From the NCBI GenBank assembly GCA_963726745.1, contig CAVSDR010000002.1, forward strand, positions 192,001 to 256,000: a DNA stretch of 64,000 nt, in the 5' to 3' direction. Source of the DNA: an uncultured Verrucomicrobiae bacterium (GTDB lineage: Bacteria; Verrucomicrobiota; Verrucomicrobiia; Chthoniobacterales; UBA10450). Position numbers and translations under genes: made by a program. Positions 1-11,708 of the stretch are shown piece by piece. The notes under the pieces were generated by a model. The model was not told the DNA's origin. It was given only the letters and a program-made list of their open reading frames with translations, and ran no database searches. Numbering within the stretch: the first letter of the stretch is position 1; every line of letters starts with the position of its first letter.

Positions 1-107
1 TCGGACGCCTGGTGATCGACACCACCTCGAAGGTCACGGGCAAAATCCTGACGCCGGACGATCAGCGCCGGTTGCAGGAAGAAGCCTCCCGGCAAATCGC
101 TGCCTAA
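1..107 (+). CDS. atpF: ATP synthase F0 subunit b, 3' end (partial)
   Basis: Frame from position 3 reads GRLVIDTTSKVTGKILTPDDQRRLQEEASRQIAA*, typical of a b-subunit C-terminus; directly upstream of the delta subunit gene. Confidence 0.85.
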   Translation, partial: GRLVIDTTSKVTGKILTPDDQRRLQEEASRQIAA

Positions 108-110
108 CGA

Positions 111-504
111 ATGAAGAGCAAGAAGGAGATTCGCCAGGCTTCGAAAGAGCTCCTGCGCGCCAGCTTCACCGATGGCCAGCTCGACAAGGGCCGAATCAGC
201 CACTTGGTGAAGTCGCTCCTGGAGAAGCAGCCGCGCAATTACCTGGCGGTCCTGGAGGCCTACAAGCGCCTCGTGCGCCTGGAGGTGGAGAAGCGCAGCG
301 CCACGATCGAGACCGCCAGCGAGCTTTCGCCCGACGCCGGCAAGCAGATCGTGGAGAATCTCAAGAGCGCGCTACGGCAGTGATCTCGACGCCACCTTTG
401 TGGTCAACCCCGAGCTCCTGGGCGGCATGCGCATTCGCGTAGGCAGCGACGTCTGGGACAGCAGCGTGCGCAATCGCCTGCAGCGTCTCGCACAGCAACT
501 TTAA
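111..504 (+). CDS. atpH: ATP synthase F1 subunit delta (frameshift near 365-375, probably sequencing error)
   Basis: ORF 111-383 continues in another frame as DLDATFVVNPELLGGMRIRVGSDVWDSSVRNRL..* (stop 502-504), the conserved delta/OSCP C-terminus; operon position. Confidence 0.9.
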
Positions 505-516
505 CCAAACCTAATT

Positions 517-2052
517 ATGAGCAGTATTCTGGAAGACATCGAAACACAGATCGCGGGGCTGAAAACCTCGACGACCAAGAGCAACGTCGGCATCGTCCGC
601 GACACCGGCGACGGCGTCGCCCGCATCGAAGGCCTGAGCGACGTCATGCTCAATGAGATGATCGAGTTCTCGAGCGGCGTCTATGGTCTGGCGCTCAACC
701 TCGAGGAAACCGAGGTCGGCGCGATCCTGCTCGGCGACAACATTTCGGTGAAGGAGGGCGACGAAGCCCGCACCACCGGCAAACTGCTCCAGGTCCCCGT
801 GGGCAAAGGCCTGCTCGGCCGCGTGGTCAATACCCTTGGCCAGCCAGTCGATGGCAAGGGCCCGATCAAGTCCGACGTCTCTTACCCGGTCGAGAAAATT
901 GCTCCCGGCGTGATCAAGCGTAAAGCCGTGAACCAGCCGGTGCAGACCGGCATCATGGCCATCGACGCGATGATCCCGATCGGTCGTGGCCAGCGCGAGT
1001 TGATCATCGGCGATCGCGCCACCGGCAAAACAGCCGTCGCCTTGGACGCGATCATCAGCCAGGCGCGTTTGAACAAAGCCGCCGAAGAAGGCCGCCTGGC
1101 GGATCATCGCCCGCTGTATTGCATCTACGTGGCCATCGGCCAGAAGAACTCAAACGTGGCCCGTGCTCTCGCGGTGCTCGAGCGCGAAGGCGCGATGCCT
1201 TACACCACGATCATCTCGGCACCGGCCTCCGATACTGCGACCAACCAATATCTCGCGCCGTTCGCCGGTGCGGCCATGGGCGAGTGGTTCATGGATAACG
1301 GCATGGATGCGCTCATCATCTATGACGATCTTTCCAAGCATGCCGTGGCTTATCGCCAAGTCTCGTTAGTCTTGAAGCGTCCTTCCGGCCGCGAAGCTTA
1401 TCCGGGCGACGTTTTCTATCTCCACTCGCGGTTGCTCGAGCGCAGCGCGCGCGTGACCGAAGAGGCAGGCGGCGGTTCGTTGACGGCGCTGCCGATTATC
1501 GAGACCCAGGCGGGCGACGTCTCGGCTTACATTCCGACGAACGTGATCTCGATCACGGACGGTCAGATTTATCTCGAGACTGATTTGTTTTACCAAGGGG
1601 TGCGTCCCGCCATCTCGGTGGGTCTCTCGGTTAGCCGCGTCGGTTCGGCCGCGCAGATCAAGGCGATCAAACAAGTTGCCGGCAAAATTAAGCTCGATCT
1701 TGCGCAGTTCCGCGAGCTCGCGGCGTTCGCGCAGTTCGGTTCCGATCTCGATGCCGGCACGAAGGCGCGGCTCGATCGCGGTGCGCGCATCGTGGAGCTC
1801 TTCAAGCAGGGCCAATACAATCCGATCCCGGTGGAAGACCAGGTCGCGATTCTCTGGGCCATGCAGAATGGTTATCTCGACAGCGTCCCGGTGGAGAAGG
1901 TGAAAGCCTTCCAGCTGAAGCTGCAGGATTACCTCCGCACGCGGAAGGAAAGCATTCTCACTTCCATTGTGAGCAAGAAGGCGATCGACAAGGATCTCGA
2001 AGGCCAACTGGCCGCTGCGCTCGAAGAATTCAAGAGCACCAATCCGGTCTAA
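517..2052 (+). CDS. atpA: ATP synthase F1 subunit alpha
   Basis: [17 protein letters not shown]alker [20 protein letters not shown] motif. Confidence 0.99.
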   Translation: MSSILEDIETQIAGLKTSTTKSNVGIVRDTGDGVARIEGLSDVMLNEMIEFSSGVYGLALNLEETEVGAILLGDNISVKEGDEARTTGKLLQVPVGKGLLGRVVNTLGQPVDGKGPIKSDVSYPVEKIAPGVIKRKAVNQPVQTGIMAIDAMIPIGRGQRELIIGDRATGKTAVALDAIISQARLNKAAEEGRLADHRPLYCIYVAIGQKNSNVARALAVLEREGAMPYTTIISAPASDTATNQYLAPFAGAAMGEWFMDNGMDALIIYDDLSKHAVAYRQVSLVLKRPSGREAYPGDVFYLHSRLLERSARVTEEAGGGSLTALPIIETQAGDVSAYIPTNVISITDGQIYLETDLFYQGVRPAISVGLSVSRVGSAAQIKAIKQVAGKIKLDLAQFRELAAFAQFGSDLDAGTKARLDRGARIVELFKQGQYNPIPVEDQVAILWAMQNGYLDSVPVEKVKAFQLKLQDYLRTRKESILTSIVSKKAIDKDLEGQLAAALEEFKSTNPV

Positions 2053-2055
2053 CCA

Positions 2056-2934
2056 GTGGCGAATACGCAAGACATCCGGCGCCGGATCAAGTCGATCCGG
2101 AACACCGCGCAGATCACCAAGGCCATGCAGATGGTCGCGGCCTCGAAGATGCGCAAGGCGCAGCAGCACGCCCTCGCGGGCCGCTCCTATGCGAGCCTGA
2201 TGAATCGTGTGCTCGTCTCGCTGCAAAAGCGGACCGATCCGAAGCTGCATCCGCTGCTTCAGGTCCGGGAAGTGAAGCGCGAGCTCGTGATCGTAGTCAG
2301 CACGGATAAAGGCCTGGCCGGTGCGCTGAACACCAACCTGCTGCGCGAAGCGGCCAACTTCGACGCGGCGAAGACCTCTTACATCGTCGTCGGTCGCAAG
2401 GCGCGGCAGTTCCTCGCGCGGACCAAGCGCGAGATTTTGGCCGACTTCGAGCTGAAGGACGCGCCTTCGTTTCCCGAGACCAAACAGGTCGCGCAGTTTG
2501 CGACCGAGAAATTTCTCAGCGGCGAGGTCGATCGGGTTTCGGTGCTCTACACGCACTTCATCAATACGATCAACCAGAAGCCGATCGTGCAGACGATCTT
2601 CCCGATCTCGGACTTCGACGTCATGGGCGCCGAGGGCCAGCCGACCGCTGAGACTTCAGCGAGCGACCCGATGGGCGGCTACGTTTTCGAGCCTTCGCCG
2701 GAAGCGGTCCTTGACGTCATCCTGCCGTATTACGTGCAGTATGAAGTCTTCCAAATGATCCTCGACGCGCGGGCTTCGGAGCACAGCGCGCGCATGGTCG
2801 CGATGAAGAACGCGACCGATAACGCGAAGCAATTCATCAAGGACCTGACCCTTGAATACAACAAGATGCGCCAGGCCAGCATCACCACCGAGCTCCTCGA
2901 AATCGCGACCGCGCAGATGGCGCTCGGGAGTTAA
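2056..2934 (+). CDS. atpG: ATP synthase F1 subunit gamma
   Basis: QITKAMQMVAASKM N-terminus, RMVAMKNATDNA...RQASITTELLEI C-terminus. Confidence 0.99.
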   Translation: MANTQDIRRRIKSIRNTAQITKAMQMVAASKMRKAQQHALAGRSYASLMNRVLVSLQKRTDPKLHPLLQVREVKRELVIVVSTDKGLAGALNTNLLREAANFDAAKTSYIVVGRKARQFLARTKREILADFELKDAPSFPETKQVAQFATEKFLSGEVDRVSVLYTHFINTINQKPIVQTIFPISDFDVMGAEGQPTAETSASDPMGGYVFEPSPEAVLDVILPYYVQYEVFQMILDARASEHSARMVAMKNATDNAKQFIKDLTLEYNKMRQASITTELLEIATAQMALGS

Positions 2935-4373
<1,439 letters not shown>

Positions 4374-4374
<1 letters not shown>

Positions 4375-4784
4375 TGGCCCACACGCTTCGACTCGAGATC
4401 GTCACTCCGGAGGCCACGGCCTACTCGGAAGACGTGGAGATGGTCACCCTCACCGGTGCGGAAGGTGAACTCGGTGTCTATCCGAATCACGTCCCTTTGC
4501 TGACCACTTTGCAGCCGGGCGAATTGCGCGTGCTCAAGGGTGGCAAGGAGACCTTTCTCGCAGTCGGCGAAGGCTTCGTCGAGATCAAGGCGGATGCGGT
4601 TTCGGTTTTAACCGACGTCGCACTGGAAGCTTCGAAGATCGACTTGGGTGCGGCGGAGGCGGCCGTGGCCCGGGCACAGGCGGCAATGAAGGAAGACCAC
4701 ACCGCCGAGGAAGTGGCCTCGATCCAGGCGAGCCTGCAAAAAGCGCTGGCGCAGCTCCACGTCAAGCGTCGCCGGCATTCCTAG
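4374..4784 (+). CDS. atpC: ATP synthase F1 subunit epsilon
   Basis: LEIVTPE...GELGVYPNHVP motif; last gene of the F1 block. Confidence 0.97.
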
Positions 4785-4799
4785 GCCGCGTTCCTTCCC

Positions 4800-5621
4800 G
4801 TGCATGCGCCGCCGGTTCTCGGCCTGATTGCCGGGAGTGGCGTTTATCCAAAACTGCTCGCGGAAGCGGCGCGCCGCGCCGGGGTGGCGCGGATCTTTGC
4901 TGCGGCCTTTGAGGGTGAAACCGATCCCGCGCTGGCAGAATTAGTCGACGAGATCGAATGGATGCGGGTGGGCCAGCTTGGCCGGCTCTTGAAGTTTTTC
5001 CAGCGCGCGCAGGTGGCGCAAGCGATCATGGCCGGCCAGATCGCGCCGAAGAATCTCTTCGATTTTCGGCCGGACATGAAAGCGCTGGTTGTGCTCGCGC
5101 GCCTGCCGCAGCGCAACGCGGAATCGCTCTTTGGCGCGATCGCCAACGAACTCGCCGCGGTCGGGGTAGAGTTGCTCCCGGCGACAACCTACATGGATGA
5201 ATTCCTGGCCGTGGAAGGTTTGATCGCCGGTCGCGCATTGAGCCGGCGCGAGGGCGCGGATGTGGCTTATGGATTTCGCATTGCGAAGGAAATTAGCCGA
5301 CTGGATGTGGGACAGACGGTGGTGGTCAAAGGAGGGACAGTGCTGGCGGTGGAAGCTTTTGAAGGAACAAACGAAGCGCTGCGGCGCGGCGCCGCGCTCG
5401 GCCGAGAAGGAGCGGTCTTGGTGAAAGTCTCGAAGCCGGATCAAGACATGCGTTTTGACGTGCCGGTGATCGGGCTCGAAACGGTGCGGACCGCGGCCGA
5501 GGCCAAACTGCGGGTCTTGGCGGTGGAAGCAGGCAAGACCTTGCTGCTCGAGAAAGCCGCGCTGCAGGAAGCGGCGACGCGCGCTGGGCTGACGATTTTT
5601 GGTTGTCAGGCTACTGCGTAG
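4800..5621 (+). CDS. lpxI: UDP-2,3-diacylglucosamine diphosphatase LpxI family (DUF1009)
   Basis: LGLIAGSG N-terminus; DVGQTVVV, AVEAFEGT and KPDQDMRFDVPVIG motifs. Confidence 0.9.
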   Translation: MHAPPVLGLIAGSGVYPKLLAEAARRAGVARIFAAAFEGETDPALAELVDEIEWMRVGQLGRLLKFFQRAQVAQAIMAGQIAPKNLFDFRPDMKALVVLARLPQRNAESLFGAIANELAAVGVELLPATTYMDEFLAVEGLIAGRALSRREGADVAYGFRIAKEISRLDVGQTVVVKGGTVLAVEAFEGTNEALRRGAALGREGAVLVKVSKPDQDMRFDVPVIGLETVRTAAEAKLRVLAVEAGKTLLLEKAALQEAATRAGLTIFGCQATA

Positions 5622-6492
5622 GCGGCGGCTCCGGCACTTGGTAGACTTCAAGCAGAGCCGTGCCGGAAGTGGCATTGAGGCCGCGGGCGACGGCGGTATA
5701 TGTGCCGGGCAAGAGGCTGGTGAGGATGGCCGCCTCCAAGGTATTCGGCGGAGCCAGGCCAGTCTGCTGAATCTGGAACTGCTGGTCGTCCTGCCAATTG
5801 TTGTTTTGTCCAATGAGCTGGCCGTTGGCGTTGAAGACTTCGACCATCGGATCTTGCAGCGCATCCGTGATCCCGACCTGACTGAGCGACGGCCCCAGGA
5901 GTCGCACCAGCAGCCGAAGCTCGCCGCTACCACCCCCAACGATGAAGCCGCTGATGACAAGGTTATCGCCGGTGCCGACATAGCCGCGCGTGCTTAGGTT
6001 CCTCAAGGCGGCGGTGCTACCGGCATTGAGATCGTAGAGTTCGATCACACCGATGCCCTGAGTGGAATTATTCCCGCGGAGGATGGTGGTGTAGCTGCCG
6101 GCGGCGAAGGTGTGCACGATCGCGGATTCGAGGTCGTTCGAAGGAGCGGCGCCGGTGGCTTCGATCTGAGTTTGCTGGCTATCCTTCCAGTTGTTATTCG
6201 AGGCGAGGGTGGTGCCGCCGGAAAAGAGCTGGAGCGTCGGATCGGCCAGGCGGCCGGCGAGCGGAACGCCATTGATCTGCAACGAGGGGCCGATGCCGCG
6301 GACCAGGATGTCTTTGCCATCTCCCTGGATGATGAAGCCGGCAATGGCAACGCGGTTGCCCGTGCCGACGTTCGCCCGGGAGGAGATGTTCAGGAGCTTG
6401 CTGGGCGTGTCGACCGCGAGGGCGAGCGGCGCGAGGAGGAAACCAGCCAGCAAGATGGCGGGCAGAAGAAGCAGGAGGCGGGGAGTTTTCAT
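5611..6492 (-). CDS. Secreted protein made of two tandem 'N[IL]STR' verrucomicrobial repeat domains
   Basis: Signal peptide MKTPRLLLLL...ALA; two ~130 aa repeats starting LLNISSRANVGTG and LRNLSTRGYVGTG, each with NNNW.D.Q and ending [IL]E[LV]Y. Confidence 0.8.
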   Translation of the reverse strand: MKTPRLLLLLPAILLAGFLLAPLALAVDTPSKLLNISSRANVGTGNRVAIAGFIIQGDGKDILVRGIGPSLQINGVPLAGRLADPTLQLFSGGTTLASNNNWKDSQQTQIEATGAAPSNDLESAIVHTFAAGSYTTILRGNNSTQGIGVIELYDLNAGSTAALRNLSTRGYVGTGDNLVISGFIVGGGSGELRLLVRLLGPSLSQVGITDALQDPMVEVFNANGQLIGQNNNWQDDQQFQIQQTGLAPPNTLEAAILTSLLPGTYTAVARGLNATSGTALLEVYQVPEPPPTQ

Positions 6493-6643
6493 GTTGGGGG
6501 AAGAGCAGCCCGGGTGCAGTGGCGGGAGGCTCCAGAAAAGAATCGAATCTCCGGCGGGGAATGGTGGCAGCGAGCCTGCCAGAAAACGGAAAAGGGCGCC
6601 GCCCGTGCGGCGCCCCTCCGGGGGAATCAAGTCGCGGAATCGT

Positions 6644-9600
6644 TTATGGCCCGGTCACGAGAATGCCGGCGGTGCGCGCATTTGTCGGTCCGGTCGCGGT
6701 GATGGTGACCACACTGCCGAAGCCCGCGGGGGCCAGGGTGACGGTAAACGAAGGCGAGACCGACTGGCCGGCAGCGATAGTGGCGCTGGCCGGCAAGGTG
6801 GTATTGGGCGCATCGCTGCTGCTGAGTGCCGCGGTAATCCCACCCGCGGGAGCAGGAATCTGGCTGGTGATGACGCCGCTGTATTGGCCAGGCTGACCGG
6901 AAACAGGAGTGAGGACGAGCCGGGCCAGCTCGACCGAACGCGAGGTGACAGCGGCGACCACCAGGTTATCGAAGGCCACGCCGGAGGTCGCGAGGGTCGG
7001 ATCGCTCAGGTTCTGCGGACGAACGTCGAAGGCGGTGCCGCCGCTATCCTGGGTGTATTCGAAACGCAACTGAACGACCGAGCCGGCAAGGCTCTCGCCC
7101 GAGGCAACCGCGGATAAGTTTGTCCCGGGCAGTTTCACGCGGACATGCTTGAAGCCGCCGGAATATCCAGCCCAAGCCGAGAGATCCTGCAGGTAAGCCG
7201 AGCTGTTATTGCGCGGCATATGCTTCGGGTAATGCTGCAGGGCGCCAGTGGCAAATTCCTCCGCGAAGGCTTCGAGCAAGACCGAGCGCAGGACGCGGGT
7301 GCCGCCAGATTGATCGGTCACGCGGAGGAGGAAGCCGTCGTAGCAAAGGATGTTGTAGCTCGGATCGTCCTCGGTGTTGTAAGCCACATCCATGTCGAGG
7401 GTGACGTATTCCGCGTTCGTGGGGATGGTGATGAGCGGGCTGAAGAGGCGCTCGAAACGCGTGGGATTGGTCGCGTCGTTCGCGTTCACATGGAAGGCCG
7501 CATTATTCGGCGAGCCGGATGGGCGAAACGCGGTATTGCTGGTGGTCCACGGGACGGTATTGGTTCCACCTCCGTGCGAGGTGGTCCAGCCGACGGGGAG
7601 GGCGCCGGGAGCAACGCCGTCGAAATTCTCCGAGAGAAGAAGCGTCGTCACCGGGCTGCCGGTTGGCTGCTGATAGGTAAAGGTGCGCGTGCCTTGGTTT
7701 GTAGTCACCGTGAGCGTGAGCGGCAGGCGGGTGCCAGGAGTGAATCCCGGTCCGACCTTGAAGACGAAGGTGTCGGTGTTGCTGGTCGTGGCATCGGGAG
7801 CCGCATTCGGGTAAGAGGAGGTGGCACGGAGGAAGGTCACGTTCGGATCCGAGCTGGAGAGGGTGGCGCTGATGCCGGTAATGGTCACGGGCGTCGAGAC
7901 CGGATTGGTGACATAGTTCCGCAAAGGAATGGTCATTTTCACCTGGTCGCCAGCGTCGACGATGCCGTTTCCACCGCTTTCGGTGAAGGAAACTGCTTCC
8001 AGTCCGCGACTTGCGGGGAAGGCGAAGTAGGTGAGCTGCAAGGACGGCACCGGGGGCGCAGAAGTGCGGCGGAAGAAGTCGTCGGGTGTGGTCATGCTCC
8101 CTGCGTTGGCGTTACCTGCGGGAATCTGGCCATCACCGTAAGGCTTCAGTTCTGTGATCGCGTGAATGGAGAAGAGTTCGCCATTTTGGGCCACAGTTTG
8201 ATTGTAATCGCCGAGGTTCGGCTGGCCGGTGTCATTGCCCCAGCCGGCCTTGAAGGGAGCGAAGCTCAACGGTTGCGGCTTGCTGAAGGTGACGCCGCCG
8301 TCATTGGAAGTAACCACGGTGATTTCGGTAAGGTCGCCGCTGGTGGCGATACCTTGATCGAAGTAGGTGATGAAAATGCGACCAGTGCTTTGGTCGACGG
8401 CAACGGTCGGGAACCACTGGCAACGGTCGTTGCCTGGCCGGCTATTGACCAGGACGGGCGCGGAGAAGCTGACGCCGCCGTTTAGGCTGCGCTGGAAGGC
8501 GATGTCGCCGCCATCGAGGTTGGCATTCGTGGAGTAGACGACGTAGATCGGCTTGGGAGTCACCACGAGGCCGCCCGGCGACCGGCGAACACCATCGCGA
8601 CTGCGGACACCAGTGGCAGGAGCACTCGAGGGACCGACAGCGATGAAGGGAAAGGAGTGCACCCGGTCATTTCCGAGGACTTGGTCGAGCATCCGGAAAG
8701 GCGCAGCCAGCAAGTTGGTGGGTGTGCCCCAGGTAGCGCCGTTGTCGGTCGAGGAGTTAAAGCCCTCGTTGTTCTGAGTGTAGCCACTCGGGTCTAACGG
8801 AGTGGCGTTGCGGGCGTTGGTCACCGCATAAAGCGCAGAGCCATCCGGGGCGAAACGCGGCTGAATGCCTTGGGGGAAGCCGCCGTTGAAAGTGGACGGA
8901 AAGACCACTGCGGCCGCGGACCATGTAGGCGTGGCGCTGGTGGGATTATCGCAATAGGTCGACACGTTTTCGGCGCCGCCGCTGCCGATAAAGTTAGTCC
9001 AGGCTACAACCAGGCGGCCGGTGACGGGATGGATGTCGAAGAATTCCTTGTCGGCCGAATCCGTGGTCGTGCGGGGCCGGGTGGCGCCGGTGATCTCAAA
9101 CGGTCCCTGCCAGGTGTGGCCAAAGTCGGTCGAACGATGCAGGCTGAGCGTCTGGGAGGTCGCGGGCAAGCCCGTCGCCCCCATGTTGTTCTTCACCATG
9201 ATGGAGGTGTAATAGAAAGTGCTTCCGCCGGCGTAGCGGATGTCCGGGTCGCCGAAGATCTGCGGGTAGAGCGTGCCGCTGAGCGACGTCGTCGGTCCAG
9301 GCGGAAGGCTGCCGCCATCGACGAAGGTCGCACCGCCGTCATCCGAATAGTAGTAGCCGGAAAGCTGGAAGGGGCTCTTGTTGAACCCGCGGGTGTCGTT
9401 GAAGCCGATGACGATGTGCTGGCCGGTGCTGTCGACCGCGATGGAATATTCCGCCTGTCCGCCGGGAATGGCGAGGGCCCAATCCGGGTCGCCATCGCCC
9501 GCGCGATCGAGGTCCGGGCCGGTGGGTGCATAGGGGCTGGGCACGAAGACAAGCTGGTTGCCTTCCACCCGACCACTGCCGCCGCGTTCAACCCATTGCG

Positions 9601-10417
9601 AGTAAATTTTTGCGATCCGGCCCATGTCGCTCATATGCATCGTCGGGTCTTGCGCGACCTGGCCCTTGGCCAACGTCTCGATGCGGGCGCGGATCCCGGC
9701 GCGCACATCGCCTTGCGCATTCGCGGCCGGAGACAAAAAGATCGGCGCAATGGCCGCAACCCCCACGGTGGCGAGAGCAGCGCTCCGTGTTCGGAACCGT
9801 CCAAAGAAGCGAGCAAAGCCCGCCACGGCCGCCAGGCCGAGAGCCAGCAGGATGAGGCCCGAGGAGGATTCTGGGACTGCAGACGGCGCGTTGGTGGTTC
9901 CGAAGTTAAATCGGATAGTCTGCTCCTTGGCCGAACCGCCAGTGGTGCTATCGAGGTTGAGGGTCAGATTGACCACCCCCGAGGTGATCGGGGTGGGATT
10001 AAGAAAGCTAAGCGAGAAATTCGACGCATTGGTTGAAAACGGGACGTTGTTGAAGTTGCTCCAGCTCAGGGTCCCGTTAACAAACCCCGGACTCGTAAAC
10101 AACCCCGTCAGATTCATTGAAAAGGCGTTGATGATCTGCCCAGCCATCGCGGTCACTGGGATGCTGACGCTGAAGGTGCCGACAGGATCGAAGGCGGCGG
10201 TGCTGTAATTAGGCAGCGTGATCGTCCAGGAAGTGGGGGTGGTGACGACACTTTGGCCGGTCAAAAATGCGGGATTGGACGCCGATTGAGTGGCTGGTCC
10301 ATACGTGACCTGAGCTTGCGCCGCCGGCGCGCTCCAGAGGAATACTGCGAGACAAGGCAGGAGGATGGAAAAGGCGAACTTGGTGCGCCGGGTCGGGCAT
10401 GGGGTGAGGGAAGACAT
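6644..10417 (-). CDS. Large secreted protein: N-terminal PEP-CTERM module fused to a BNR/Asp-box (sialidase-like) beta-propeller plus beta-sandwich domains
   Basis: Likely start ATG 10417; signal peptide ..AQA; internal VPESSS-TM-RFFGRFRTR; second signal ..PAANA|Q; Asp boxes SDDGGATF, STDFGHTW, STDNGATW, SLNGGVSF, SNDGGVTF. Confidence 0.8.
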   Translation of the reverse strand: MSSLTPCPTRRTKFAFSILLPCLAVFLWSAPAAQAQVTYGPATQSASNPAFLTGQSVVTTPTSWTITLPNYSTAAFDPVGTFSVSIPVTAMAGQIINAFSMNLTGLFTSPGFVNGTLSWSNFNNVPFSTNASNFSLSFLNPTPITSGVVNLTLNLDSTTGGSAKEQTIRFNFGTTNAPSAVPESSSGLILLALGLAAVAGFARFFGRFRTRSAALATVGVAAIAPIFLSPAANAQGDVRAGIRARIETLAKGQVAQDPTMHMSDMGRIAKIYSQWVERGGSGRVEGNQLVFVPSPYAPTGPDLDRAGDGDPDWALAIPGGQAEYSIAVDSTGQHIVIGFNDTRGFNKSPFQLSGYYYSDDGGATFVDGGSLPPGPTTSLSGTLYPQIFGDPDIRYAGGSTFYYTSIMVKNNMGATGLPATSQTLSLHRSTDFGHTWQGPFEITGATRPRTTTDSADKEFFDIHPVTGRLVVAWTNFIGSGGAENVSTYCDNPTSATPTWSAAAVVFPSTFNGGFPQGIQPRFAPDGSALYAVTNARNATPLDPSGYTQNNEGFNSSTDNGATWGTPTNLLAAPFRMLDQVLGNDRVHSFPFIAVGPSSAPATGVRSRDGVRRSPGGLVVTPKPIYVVYSTNANLDGGDIAFQRSLNGGVSFSAPVLVNSRPGNDRCQWFPTVAVDQSTGRIFITYFDQGIATSGDLTEITVVTSNDGGVTFSKPQPLSFAPFKAGWGNDTGQPNLGDYNQTVAQNGELFSIHAITELKPYGDGQIPAGNANAGSMTTPDDFFRRTSAPPVPSLQLTYFAFPASRGLEAVSFTESGGNGIVDAGDQVKMTIPLRNYVTNPVSTPVTITGISATLSSSDPNVTFLRATSSYPNAAPDATTSNTDTFVFKVGPGFTPGTRLPLTLTVTTNQGTRTFTYQQPTGSPVTTLLLSENFDGVAPGALPVGWTTSHGGGTNTVPWTTSNTAFRPSGSPNNAAFHVNANDATNPTRFERLFSPLITIPTNAEYVTLDMDVAYNTEDDPSYNILCYDGFLLRVTDQSGGTRVLRSVLLEAFAEEFATGALQHYPKHMPRNNSSAYLQDLSAWAGYSGGFKHVRVKLPGTNLSAVASGESLAGSVVQLRFEYTQDSGGTAFDVRPQNLSDPTLATSGVAFDNLVVAAVTSRSVELARLVLTPVSGQPGQYSGVITSQIPAPAGGITAALSSSDAPNTTLPASATIAAGQSVSPSFTVTLAPAGFGSVVTITATGPTNARTAGILVTGP

Positions 10418-10651
10418 AAGAGCTGCAGGTCCTTTCGTTGATGGGAGGCGTGCCCTAGCCTCAGGAATCCGGAAATCGCATAAGCCTATCCCGTGCCTAA
10501 GTTTATCTGCTAAACGTGTCCAAATAGTCCTTAACCGACGGGAGGGCAGATTGTTACGGCCCATTCCCGTAGACGGAAATTAGCGGTTTAGCATTTCTCG
10601 CTTTGCGACAAAACGTAAGCTATGCCGACAATGCCCTCGCAGGTATTTGCA

Positions 10652-11650
10652 CTACTGAAGGTCGATCGTGCGGAAGAACAGCCGCGACGGACGCGGCTCA
10701 CTGACCCGATAGTATGGGATCACCGTTGGGTCGACCGAAAGCCACGTCTTCAGGTCGAACGATTGCTGCAACTGCCCCACGAAGTTCACCACGATGGCGC
10801 CGTTGGCATCTCTCCCGACCGCGGCGAAGGGCGCCGCTGGCGGCAGCATCGCCCCGGTGGCGACCGGCCGCGGGGTGTTCGAGGCACCGGTGAGTTCCTG
10901 CCAGTCGTAATCGACGAAACGAGTAAGCCGGTTGCCGGACGCATCGAAGACCTCCTCGTTCCAGAGCTCGGCCCAGCCGCTCCCGACCGCGGTGAAATTA
11001 GGCCCGGATGAAGCTGTGGCCGCGGCACTGAGCGTCCAGTCGAGCGTGAAAGCGCTGCCAAAAGTGATCGGGAGCTGGACCGTGCTCCAATCCGCCATGC
11101 CCGCGTCACTCGCGAGATTCCCGGTTCCGTGCAGCGTCCGGGAAAAGGCGTCGCCGCCGCCGGCGCCGTCGTCCATGAGCAAGCCCATGTCGAGCGAGGC
11201 GCTGTCAAAACCGCGCACCCGCTGCGCCCAGTGATAGCGAAAGGTGAAACGGATGCTGCCTTCCGCACCATCGAGCCCGGCGCGCAGCGGCTGCACCACG
11301 AACGTCCCGGTGCGATGCAGCGCGCTCACCGCCGTGGCCGCCGCCGGGCTGCTCGCGGCGGGCTGGTCCGCCTCCGACCGGACGTAGGACTTCTCGGTGA
11401 TCACGAAGTCTCCCGCCGTGGGAAACTGCGGCAGCCCGCCGAGCGAGATGCCGCTGGTAAAAACCTGGCCGGAAACAAACTGCTCCGGCGACAGAATCAT
11501 CGCTTCATCCGTCAAGAGTCCCGCGCCGGCGGATTTCGTGTGGATAAATCGCTGGCCCGCATAGAGGTCGAGCCGCGAACTGGTGGAACTGGCGAGAGAG
11601 GCGGAGGTGAGCAGGCCAAGACAAAGGAGGGAAGGAAGGGAAATGTTCAT
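10652..11650 (-). CDS. Secreted hypothetical protein with verrucomicrobial-type C-terminal motif
   Basis: Signal peptide MNISLPSLLCLGLLTSASLA; C-terminal LQQSFDLKTW...RLFFRT tail. Confidence 0.65.
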   Translation of the reverse strand: MNISLPSLLCLGLLTSASLASSTSSRLDLYAGQRFIHTKSAGAGLLTDEAMILSPEQFVSGQVFTSGISLGGLPQFPTAGDFVITEKSYVRSEADQPAASSPAAATAVSALHRTGTFVVQPLRAGLDGAEGSIRFTFRYHWAQRVRGFDSASLDMGLLMDDGAGGGDAFSRTLHGTGNLASDAGMADWSTVQLPITFGSAFTLDWTLSAAATASSGPNFTAVGSGWAELWNEEVFDASGNRLTRFVDYDWQELTGASNTPRPVATGAMLPPAAPFAAVGRDANGAIVVNFVGQLQQSFDLKTWLSVDPTVIPYYRVSEPRPSRLFFRTIDLQ

Positions 11651-11708
11651 GGGACAGGGACATGACGCGACGCTGTCGCTGCGCGAAAAAGGAGAGTAAC
11701 GTAAACCC

